From the NCBI RefSeq assembly GCF_009914755.1, contig NC_060943.1: a stretch of DNA of 64,000 bases; one strand, given 5' to 3'. This stretch comes from the human T2T-CHM13v2.0 reference genome, Homo sapiens. The position numbers and the translations under genes are program-made. The notes under the pieces were generated by a model. It searched no databases. It had not been told where the DNA came from and worked only from the letters and a program-made list of their open reading frames with translations. Shown piece by piece: positions 1-11,800 of the stretch. How positions within the stretch are numbered: the stretch's first letter is position 1; each line of letters opens with the position of its first letter.

Positions 1-146
1 ATGTGTGCGTTCAACTCACAGAGTTCAACCTTTCTTTTCATAGAGCAGTTGGGAAACACTCTGTTTGTAAAGTCTGCAAGTGGATATTCAGACTTCTTTG
101 AGGCCTTCGTTGGAAGAGGGATTTCTTCATATTCTGCTAGACAGAA

Positions 147-317
147 GAATTCTCAGTAACTGCCTTGTGTTGTGTGTATTCAACTCACAGAGTTGAACGA
201 TCCTTTACACAGAGCAGACTTGAAACACTCTTTTTGTGGAATTTGCAAGTGGAGATTTCAGCCGCTTTGAGGTCAATGGTAGAATAGGAAATATCTTCCT
301 ATAGAAACTAGACAGAA
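147..317 (+). repeat. Representative 171-bp A-type (J1-like) monomer, no CENP-B box
   Basis: Starts at EcoRI site GAATTC (147-152), which aligns to TGATTC at 318. It carries CAATGGTAGAATAGGAA at the position homologous to the CENP-B box. Confidence 0.9.
274..290 (+). other. A-box / pJalpha-box-equivalent position of the A-type monomer (representative, every 340 bp)
   Basis: CAATGGTAGAATAGGAA lies 171 bp before the CENP-B box at 445 and resembles the A-type box. Protein binding cannot be shown from sequence. Confidence 0.65.
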
Positions 318-486
318 TGATTCTCAGAAACTCCTTTGTGATGTGTGCGTTCAACTCACAGAGTTTAACCTTTCTTTTCATAGAGCAGTTAGGAAACACT
401 CTGTTTGTAAAGTCTGCAAGTGGATATTCAGACCTCCTTGAGGCCTTCGTTGGAAGCGGGATTTCTTCATATTCTGCTAGACAGAA
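318..486 (+). repeat. Representative 169-bp B-type (J2-like) monomer with CENP-B box
   Basis: Runs from TGATTCTCAG (318) to the next GAATTC (487) and contains CTTCGTTGGAAGCGGGA at 445-461. Confidence 0.9.
445..461 (+). other. CENP-B box (representative; recurs every 340 bp at ATG+128..+144, 188 positions from 105 to 63689, about 171 with an intact core)
   Basis: CTTCGTTGGAAGCGGGA matches YTTCGTTGGAARCGGGA with the core NTTCGNNNNANNCGGGN intact. Common alleles here are CTTCGTTGGAAGCGGGA, CTTCGTTGGAAACGGGA and TTTCGTTGGAAACGGGA. Confidence 0.97.
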
Positions 487-3400
487 GAATTCTCAGTAAC
501 TTCCTTGTGTTGTGTGTATTCAACTCACAGAGTTGAACGATCCTTTACACAGAGCAGACTTGAAACACTCTTTTTGTGGAATTTGCAAGTGGAGATTTCA
601 GCCGCTTTGAGTTCAATGGTAGAATAGGAAATATCTTCCTATAGAAACTAGACAGAATGATTCTCAGAAACTCCTTTGTGATGTGTGCGTTCACCTCACA
701 GAGTTCAACCTTTCTTTTCATAGAGCAGTTGGGAAACACTCTGTTTGTAAAGTCTGCAAGTGGATATTCAGACATCCTTGAGGCTTTCGTTGGAAACGGG
801 ATTTCTTCATATTCTGCTAGAAAGAAGAATTCTCAGTAACTTCCTTGTGTTGTGTGTATTCAACTCACAGAGTTGAACGATCCTTTACACAGAGCAGACT
901 TGAAACACTCTTTTTGTGGAATTTGCAAGTGGAGATTTCAGCCGCTTTGAGGTCAATGGTAGAATAGGAAATATCTTCCTATAGAAACTAGACAGAATGA
1001 TTCTCAGAAACTCCTTTGTGATGTGTGCGTTCAACTCACACAGTTTAACCTTTCTTTTCATAGAGCAGTTAGGAAACACTCTGTTTGTAAAGTCTGCAAG
1101 TGGATATTCAGACCTCCTTGAGGCCTTCGTTGGAAACGGGTTTTCTTCACATTATGCTAGACAGAAGAATTCTCAGGAACTTCCTTGTGTTGTGTGTATT
1201 CAACTCACAGAGTTGAACGATCCTTTACACAGAGCAGACTTGAAACACTCTTTTTGTGGAATTTGCAAGTGGAGATTTCAGCCGCTTTGAGTTCAATGGT
1301 AGAATAGGAAATATCTTCCTATAGAAAGTACACAGAATGATTCTCAGAAACTGCTTTGTGATGTGTGCGTTCAACTCACAGAGTTCAACCTTTCTTTTCA
1401 TAGAGCAGTTGGGAAACACTCTGTTTGTAAAGTCTGCAAGTGGATATTCAGACTTCTTTGAGGCCTTCGTTGGAAGCGGGATTTCTTCATATTCTGCTAG
1501 ACAGAAGAATTCTCAGTAACTTCCTTGTGTTGTGTGTATTCAACTCACAGAGTTGAACGATCCTTTACACAGAGCAGACTTGAAACACTCTTTTTGTGGA
1601 ATTTGCAAGTGGAGATTTCAGCCGCTTTGAGTTCAATGGTAGAATAGGAAATATCTTCCTATAGAAACTAGACAGAATGATTCTCAGAAACTCCTTTGTG
1701 ATGTGTGCGTTCACCTCACAGAGTTCAACCTTTCTTTTCATAGAGCAGTTGGGAAACACTCTGTTTGTAAAGTCTGCAAGTGGATATTCAGACTTCTTTG
1801 AGGCCTTCGTTGGAAGCGGGATTTCTTCATGTTCTGCTAGACAGAAGAATTCTCAGAAACTTCCTTGTGTTGTGTGTATTCAACTCACAGAGTTGAACGA
1901 TCCTTTACACAGAGCAGACTTGAAACACTCTTTTTGTGGAATTTGCAAGTGGAGATTTCAGCCGCTTTGAGGTCAATGGTAGAATAGGAAATATCTTCCT
2001 ATAGAAACTAGACAGAATGATTCTCAGAAACTCCTTTGTGATGTGTGCGTTCAACTCACAGAGTTTAACCTTTCTTTTCATAGAGCAGTTAGGAAACACT
2101 CTGTTTGTAAAGTCTGCAAGTGGATATTCAGACCTCCTTGAGGCTTTCGTTGGAAACGGGATTTCTTCATATTATGCTAGACAGAAGAATTCTCAGTAAC
2201 TTCCTTGTGTTGTGTGTATTCAACTCACAGAGTTGAACGATCCTTTACACAGAGCAGACTTGAAACACTCTTTTTGTGGAATTTGCAAGTGGAGATTTCA
2301 GCCGCTTTGAGGTCAATGGTAGAATAGGAAATATCTTCCTATAGAAACTAGACAGAATGATTCTCAGAAACTCCTTTGTGATGTGTGCGTTCAACTCACA
2401 GAGTTCAACCTTTCTTTTCATAGAGCAGTTGGGAAACACTCTGTTTGTAATGTCTGCAAGTGGATATTCAGACTTCTTTGAGGCCTTCGTTGGAAGCGGG
2501 ATTTCTTCATATTCTGCTAGACAGAAGAATTCTCAGTAACTGCCTTGTGTTGTGTTTATTCAACTCACAGAGTTGAACGATCCTTTACACAGAGCAGACT
2601 TGAAACACTCTTTTTGTGGAATTTGCAAGTGGAGATTTCAGCCGCTTTGAGGTCAATGGTAGAATAGGAAATATCTTCCTATAGAAACTAGACAGAATGA
2701 TTCTCAGAAACTCCTTTGTGATGCGTGCGTTCAACTCACAGAGTTTAACCTTTCTTTTCATAGAGCAGTTAGGAAACACTCTGTTTGTAAAGTCTGCAAG
2801 TGGATATTCAGACATCCTTGAGGCTTTCGTTGGAAACGGGATTTCTTCATATTCTGCTAGAAAGAAGAATTCTCAGTAACTTCCTTGTGTTGTGTGTATT
2901 CAACTCACAGAGTTGAACGATCCTTTACACAGAGCAGACTTGAAACACTCTTTTTGTGGAATTTGCAAGTGGAGATTTCAGCCGCTTTGAGGTCAATGGT
3001 AGAATAGGAAATATCTTCCTATAGAAAGTAGACAGAATGATTCTCAGAAACTCCTTTGTGATGTGTGCGTTCAACTCACACAGTTTAACCTTTCTTTTCA
3101 TAGAGCAGTTAGGAAACACTCTGTTTGTAAAGTCTGCAAGTGGATATTCAGACCTCCTTGAGGCCTTCGTTGGAAACGGGATTTCTTCATATTATGCTAG
3201 ACAGAAGAATTCTCAGGAACTTCCTTGTGTTGTGTGTATTCAACTCACAGAGTTGAACGATCCTTTACACAGAGCAGACTTGAAACACTCTTTTTGTGGA
3301 ATTTGCAAGTGGAGATTTCAGCCGCTTTGAGTTCAATGGTAGAATAGGAAATATCTTCCTATAGAAAGTACACAGAATGATTCTCAGAAACTGCTTTGTG

Positions 3401-6400
3401 ATGTGTGCGTTCAACTCACAGAGTTCAACCTTTCTTTTCATAGAGCAGTTGGGAAACACTCTGTTTGTAAAGTCTGCAAGTGGATATTCAGACTTCTTTG
3501 AGGCCTTCGTTGTAAGCGGGATTTCTTCATATTCTGCTAGACAGAAGAATTCTCAGTAACTTCCTTGTGTTGTGTGTATTCAACTCACAGAGTTGAACGA
3601 TCCTTTACACAGAGCAGACTTGAAACACTCTTTTTGTGGAATTTGCAAGTGGAGATTTCAGCCGCTTTGAGGTCAATGGTAGAATAGGAAATATCTTCCT
3701 ATAGAAACTAGACAGAATGATTCTCAGAAACTCCTTTGTGATGTGTGCGTTCAACTCACACAGTTTAACCTTTCTTTTCATAGAGCAGTTAGGAAACACT
3801 CTGTTTGTAAAGTCTGCAAGTGGATATTCAGACCTCCTTGAGGCCTTCGTTGGAAACGGGATTTCTTCATATTATGCTAGACAGAAGAATTCTCAGGAAC
3901 TTCCTTGTGTTGTGTGTATTCAACTCACAGAGTTGAACGATCCTTTACACAGAGCAGACTTGAAACACTCTTTTTGTGGAATTTGCAAGTGGAGATTTCA
4001 GCCGCTTTGAGGTCAATGGTAGAATAGGAAATATCTTCCTATAGAAAGTAGACAGAATGATTCTCAGAAACTCCTTTGTGATGTGTGCGTTCAACTCACA
4101 CAGTTTAACCTTTCTTTTCATAGAGCAGTTAGGAAACACTCTGTTTGTAAAGTCTGCAAGTGGATATTCAGACCTCCTTGAGGCCTTCGTTGGAAACGGG
4201 ATTTCTTCATATTATGCTAGACAGAAGAATTCTCAGGAACTTCCTTGTGTTGTGTGTATTCAACTCACAGAGTTGAACGATCCTTTACACAGAGCAGACT
4301 TGAAACACTCTTTTTGTGGAATTTGCAAGTGGAGATTTCAGCCGCTTTGAGTTCAATGGTAGAATAGGAAATATCTTCCTATAGAAAGTACACAGAATGA
4401 TTCTCAGAAACTGCTTTGTGATGTGTGCGTTCAACTCACAGAGTTCAACCTTTCTTTTCATAGAGCAGTTGGGAAACACTCTGTTTGTAAAGTCTGCAAG
4501 TGGATATTCAGACTTCTTTGAGGCCTTCGTTGGAAGCGGGATTTCTTCATATTCTGCTAGACAGAAGAATTCTCGGTAACTTCCTTGTGTTGTGTGTATT
4601 CAACTCACAGAGTTGAACGATCCTTTACACAGAGCAGACTTGAAACACTCTTTTTGTGGAATTTGCAAGTGGAGATTTCAGCCGCTTTGAGGTCAATGGT
4701 AGAATAGGAAATATCTTCCTATAGAAACTAGACAGAATGATTCTCAGAAACTCCTTTGTGATGCGTGCGTTCAACTCACAGAGTTTAACCTTTCTTTTCA
4801 TAGAGCAGTTAGGAAACACTCTGTTTGTAAAGTCTGCAAGTGGATATTCAGACATCCTTGAGGCTTTCGTTGGAAACGGGATTTCTTCATATTCTGCTAG
4901 AAAGAAGAATTCTCAGTAACTTCCTTGTGTTGTGTGTATTCAACTCACAGAGTTGAACGATCCTTTACACAGAGCAGACTTGAAACACTCTTTTTGTGGA
5001 ATTTGCAAGTGGAGATTTCAGCCGCTTTGAGGTCAATGGTAGAATAGGAAATATCTTCCTATAGAAACTAGACAGAATGATTCTCAGAAACTCCTTTGTG
5101 ATGTGTGCGTTCAACTCACAGAGTTTAACCTTTCTTTTCATAGAGCAGTTGGGAAACACTCTGTTTGTAAAGTCTGCAAGTGGATATTCAGACATCCTTG
5201 AGGCTTTCGTTGGAAACGGGATTTCTTCATATTCTGCTAGAAAGAAGAATTCTCAGTAACTTCCTTGTGTTGTGTGTATTCAACTCACAGAGTTGAACGA
5301 TCCTTTACACAGAGCAGACTTGAAACACTCTTTTTGTGGAATTTGCAAGTGGAGATTTCAGCCGCTTTGAGGTCAATGGTAGAATAGGAAATATCTTCCT
5401 ATAGAAACTAGACAGAATGATTCTCAGAAACTCCTTTGTGATGTGTGCGTTCAACTCACACAGTTTAACCTTTCTTTTCATAGAGCAGTTAGGAAACACT
5501 CTGTTTGTAAAGTCTGCAAGTGGATATTCAGACCTCCTTGAGGCCTTCGTTGGAAACGGGATTTCTTCATATTATGCTAGACAGAAGAATTCTCAGGAAC
5601 TTCCTTGTGTTGTGTGTATTCAACTCACAGAGTTGAACGATCCTTTACACAGAGCAGACTTGAAACACTCTTTTTGTGGAATTTGCAAGTGGAGATTTCA
5701 GCCGCTTTGAGTTCAATGGTAGAATAGGAAATATCTTCCTATAGAAAGTACACAGAATGATTCTCAGAAACTGCTTTGTGATGTGTGCGTTCAACTCACA
5801 GAGTTCAACCTTTCTTTTCATAGAGCAGTTGGGAAACACTCTGTTTGTAAAGTCTGCAAGTGGATATTCAGACTTCTTTGAGGCCTTCGTTGGAAGCGGG
5901 ATTTCTTCATATTCTGCTAGACAGAAGAATTCTCAGTAACTTCCTTGTGTTGTGTGTATTCAACTCACAGAGTTGAACGATCCTTTACACAGAGCAGACT
6001 TGAAACACTCTTTTTGTGGAATTTGCAAGTGGAGATTTCAGCCGCTTTGAGGTCAATGGTAGAATAGGAAATATCTTCCTATAGAAACTAGACAGAATGA
6101 TTCTCAGAAACTCCTTTGTGATGTGTGCGTTCAACTCACAGAGTTCAACCTTTCTTTTCATAGAGCAGTTGGGAAACACTCTGTTTGTAAAGTCTGCAAG
6201 TGGATATTCAGACTTCTTTGAGGCCTTCGTTGGAAGCGGGATTTCTTCATGTTCTGCTAGACAGAAGAATTCTCAGAAACTTCCTTGTGTTGTGTGTTTT
6301 CAACTCACAGAGTTGAACGATCCTTTACACAGAGCAGACTTGAAACACTCCTTTTGTGGAATTTGCAAGTGGAGATTTCAGCCGCTTTGAGGTCAATGGT

Positions 6401-8816
6401 AGAATAGGAAATATCTTCCTATAGAAAGTAGACAGAATGATTCTCAGAAACTCCTTTGTGATGTGTGCGTTCAACTCACAGAGTTTAACCTTTCTTTTCA
6501 TAGAGCAGTTAGGAAACACTCTGTTTGTAAAGTCTGCAAGTGGATATTCAGACCTCCTTGAGGCCTTCGTTGGAAACAGGATTTCTTCATATTCTGCTAG
6601 ACAGAAGAATTCTCAGTAACTTCCTTGTGTTGTGTGTATTCAACTCACAGAGTTGAACGATCCTTTACACAGAGCAGACTTGAAACACTCTTTTTGTGGA
6701 ATTTGCAAGTGGAGATTTCAGCCGCTTTGAGTTCAATGGTAGAATAGGAAATATCTTCCTATAGAAACTAGACAGAATGATTCTCAGAAACTCCTTTGTG
6801 ATGTGTGCGTTCAACTCACACAGTTTAACCTTTCTTTTCATAGAGCAGTTAGGAAACACTCTGTTTGTAAAGTCTGCAAGTGGATATTCAGACCTCCTTG
6901 AGGCCTTCGTTGGAAACGGGATTTCTTCATATTATGCTAGACAGAAGAATTCTCAGTAACTTCCTTGTGTTGTGTGTATTCAACTCACAGAGTTGAACGA
7001 TCCTTTACACAGAGCAGACTTGAAACACTCCTTTTGTGGAATTTGCAAGTGGAGATTTCAGCCGCTTTGAGGTCAATGGTAGAATAGGAAATATCTTCCT
7101 ATAGAAAGTAGACAGAATGATTCTCAGAAACTCCTTTGTGATGTGTGCGTTCAACTCACAGAGTTTAACCTTTCTTTTCATAGAGCAGTTAGGAAACACT
7201 CTGTTTGTAAAGTCTGCAAGTGGATATTCAGACCTCCTTGAGGCCTTCGTTGGAAACGGGATTTCTTCATATTATGCTAGACAGAAGAATTCTCAGTAAC
7301 TTCCTTGTGTTGTGTGTATTCAACTCACAGAGTTGAACGATCCTTTACACAGAGCAGACTTGAAACACTCTTTTTGTGGAATTTGCAAGTGGAGATTTCA
7401 GCCGCTTTGAGTTCAATGGTAGAATAGGAAATATCTTCCTATAGAAACTAGACAGAATGATTCTCAGAAACTCCTTTGTGATGTGTGCGTTCACCTCACA
7501 GAGTTCAACCTTTCTTTTCATAGAGCAGTTGGGAAACACTCTGTTTGTAAAGTCTGCAAGTGGATATTCAGACTTCTTTGAGGCCTTCGTTGGAAGCGGG
7601 ATTTCTTCATATTCTGCTAGACAGAAGAATTCTCAGTAACTGCCTTGTGTTGTGTGTATTCAACTCACAGAGTTGAACGATCCTTTACACAGAGCAGACT
7701 TGAAACACTCTTTTTGTGGAATTTGCAAGTGGAGATTTCAGCCGCTTTGAGGTCAATGGTAGAATAGGAAATATCTTCCTATAGAAACTAGACAGAATGA
7801 TTCTCAGAAACTCCTTTGTGATGTGTGCGTTCAACTCACAGAGTTTAACCTTTCTTTTCATAGAGCAGTTAGGAAACACTCTGTTTGTAAAGTCTGCAAG
7901 TGGATATTCAGACCTCCTTGAGGCCTTCGTTGGAAACGGGATTTCTTCATATTATGCTAGACAGAAGAATTCTCAGTAACTTCCTTGTGTTGTGTGTATT
8001 CAACTCACAGAGTTGAACGATCCTTTACACAGAGCAGACTTGAAACACTCTTTTTGTGGAATTTGCAAGTGGAGATTTCAGCCGCTTTGAGGTCAATGGT
8101 AGAATAGGAAATATCTTCCTATAGAAACTAGACAGAATGATTCTCAGAAACTCCTTTGTGATGTGTGCGTTCAACTCACAGAGTTCAACCTTTCTTTTCA
8201 TAGAGCAGTTGGGAAACACTCTGTTTGTAAAGTCTGCAAGTGGATATTCAGACTTCTTTGAGGCCTTCGTTGGAAGCGGGATTTCTTCATATTCTGCTAG
8301 ACAGAAGAATTCTCAGTAACTGCCTTGTGTTGTGTTTATTCAACTCACAGAGTTGAACGATCCTTTACACAGAGCAGACTTGAAACACTCTTTTTGTGGA
8401 ATTTGCAAGTGGAGATTTCAGCCGCTTTGAGGTCAATGGTAGAATAGGAAATATCTTCCTATAGAAACTAGACAGAATGATTCTCAGAAACTCCTTTGTG
8501 ATGCGTGCGTTCAACTCACAGAGTTTAACCTTTCTTTTCATAGAGCAGTTAGGAAACACTCTGTTTGTAAAGTCTGCAAGTGGATATTCAGACATCCTTG
8601 AGGCTTTCGTTGGAAACGGGATTTCTTCATATTCTGCTAGAAAGAAGAATTCTCAGTAACTTCCTTGTGTTGTGTGTATTCAACTCACAGAGTTGAACGA
8701 TCCTTTACACAGAGCAGACTTGAAACACTCTTTTTGTGGAATTTGCAAGTGGAGATTTCAGCCGCTTTGAGGTCAATGGTAGAATAGGAAATATCTTCCT
8801 ATAGAAACTAGACAGA

Positions 8817-11800
8817 ATGATTCTCAGAAACTCCTTTGTGATGTGTGCGTTCAACTCACAGAGTTTAACCTTTCTTTTCATAGAGCAGTTGGGAAACACT
8901 CTGTTTGTAAAGTCTGCAAGTGGATATTCAGACATCCTTGAGGCTTTCGTTGGAAACGGGATTTCTTCATATTCTGCTAGAAAGAAGAATTCTCAGTAAC
9001 TTCCTTGTGTTGTGTGTATTCAACTCACAGAGTTGAACGATCCTTTACACAGAGCAGACTTGAAACACTCTTTTTGTGGAATTTGCAAGTGGAGATTTCA
9101 GCCGCTTTGAGGTCAATGGTAGAATAGGAAATATCTTCCTATAGAAAGTAGACAGAATGATTCTCAGAAACTCCTTTGTGATGTGTGCGTTCAACTCACA
9201 CAGTTTAACCTTTCTTTTCATAGAGCAGTTAGGAAACACTCTGTTTGTAAAGTCTGCAAGTGGATATTCAGACCTCCTTGAGGCCTTCGTTGGAAACGGG
9301 ATTTCTTCATATTATGCTAGACAGAAGAATTCTCAGGAACTTCCTTGTGTTGTGTGTATTCAACTCACAGAGTTGAACGATCCTTTACACAGAGCAGACT
9401 TGAAACACTCTTTTTGTGGAATTTGCAAGTGGAGATTTCAGCCGCTTTGAGTTCAATGGTAGAATAGGAAATATCTTCCTATAGAAAGTACACAGAATGA
9501 TTCTCAGAAACTGCTTTGTGATGTGTGCGTTCAACTCACAGAGTTCAACCTTTCTTTTCATAGAGCAGTTGGGAAACACTCTGTTTGTAAAGTCTGCAAG
9601 TGGATATTCAGACTTCTTTGAGGCCTTCGTTGTAAGCGGGATTTCTTCATATTCTGCTAGACAGAAGAATTCTCAGTAACTTCCTTGTGTTGTGTGTATT
9701 CAACTCACAGAGTTGAACGATCCTTTACACAGAGCAGACTTGAAACACTCTTTTTGTGGAATTTGCAAGTGGAGATTTCAGCCGCTTTGAGGTCAATGGT
9801 AGAATAGGAAATATCTTCCTATAGAAACTAGACAGAATGATTCTCAGAAACTTCTTTGTGATGTGTGCGTTCAACTCACAGAGTTCAACCTTTCTTTTCA
9901 TAGAGCAGTTGGGAAACACTCTGTTTGTAACGTCTGCAAGTGGATATTCAGACTTCTTTGAGGCCTTCGTTGGAAGCGGGATTTCTTCATGTTCTGCTAG
10001 ACAGAAGAATTCTCAGAAACTTCCTTGTGTTGTGTGTTTTCAACTCACAGAGTTGAACGATCCTTTACACAGAGCAGACTTGAAACACTCCTTTTGTGGA
10101 ATTTGCAAGTGGAGATTTCAGCCGCTTTGAGGTCAATGGTAGAATAGGAAATATCTTCCTATAGAAAGTAGACAGAATGATTCTCAGAAACTCCTTTGTG
10201 ATGTGTGCGTTCAACTCACAGAGTTTAACCTTTCTTTTCATAGAGCAGTTAGGAAACACTCTGTTTGTAAAGTCTGCAAGTGGATATACAGACCTCCTTG
10301 AGGCCTTCGTTGGAAACAGGATTTCTTCATATTCTGCTAGACAGAAGAATTCTCAGTAACTTCCTTGTGTTGTGTGTATTCAACTCAAAGAGTTGAACGA
10401 TCCTTTACACAGAGCAGACTTGAAACACTCTTTTTGTGGAATTTGCAAGTGGAGATTTCAGCCGCTTTGAGGTCAATGGTAGAATAGGAAATATCTTCCT
10501 ATAGAAACTAGACAGAATGATTCTCATAACTCCTTTGTGATGTGTGCGTTCAACTCACAGAGTTCAACCTTTCTTTTCATAGAGCAGTTGGGAAACACTC
10601 TGTTTGTAAAGTCTGCAAGTGGATATTCAGACTTCTTTGAGGCCTTCGTTGGAAGCGGGATTTCTTCATATTCTGCTAGACAGAAGAATTCTCAGTAACT
10701 GCCTTGTGTTGTGTGTATTCAACTCACAGAGTTGAACGATCCTTTACACAGAGCAGACTTGAAACACTCTTTTTGTGGAATTTGCAAGTGGAGATTTCAG
10801 CCGCTTTGAGGTCAATGGTAGAATAGGAAATATCTTCCTATAGAAACTAGACAGAATGATTCTCAGAAACTCCTTTGTGATGTGTGCGTTCAACTCACAG
10901 AGTTTACCCTTTCTTTTCATAGAGCAGTTAGGAAACACTCTGTTTGTAAAGTCTGCAAGTGGATATTCAGACATCCTTGAGGCTTTCGTTGGAAACGGGA
11001 TTTCTTCATATTCTGCCAGAAAGAAGAATTCTCAGTAACTTCCTTGTGTTGTGTGTATTCAACTCACAGAGTTGAACGATCCTTTACACAGAGCAGACTT
11101 GAAACACTCTTTTTGTGGAATTTGCAAGTGGAGATTTCAGCCGCTTTGAGGTCAATGGTAGAATAGGAAATATCTTCCTATAGAAACTAGACAGAATGAT
11201 TCTCAGAAACTCCTTTGTGATGTGTGCGTTCAACTCACAGAGTTCAACCTTTCTTTTCATAGAGCAGTTGGGAAACACTCTGTTTGTAAAGTCTGCAAGT
11301 GGATATTCAGACATCCTTGAGGCTTTCGTTGGAAACGGGATTTCTTCATATTCTGCTAGAAAGAAGAATTCTCAGTAACTTCCTTGTGTTGTGTGTATTC
11401 AACTCACAGAGTTGAACGATCCTTTACACAGAGCAGACTTGAAACACTCTTTTTGTGGAATTTGCAAGTGGAGATTTCAGCCGCTTTGAGGTCAATGGTA
11501 GAATAGGAAATATCTTCCTATAGAAAGTAGACAGAATGATTCTCAGAAACTCCTTTGTGATGTGTGCGTTCAACTCACACAGTTTAACCTTTCTTTTCAT
11601 AGAGCAGTTAGGAAACACTCTGTTTGTAAAGTCTGCAAGTGGATATTCAGACCTCCTTGAGGCCTTCGTTGGAAACGGGATTTCTTCATATTATGCTAGA
11701 CAGAAGAATTCTCAGGAACTTCCTTGTGTTGTGTGTATTCAACTCACAGAGTTGAACGATCCTTTACACAGAGCAGACTTGAAACACTCTTTTTGTGGAA

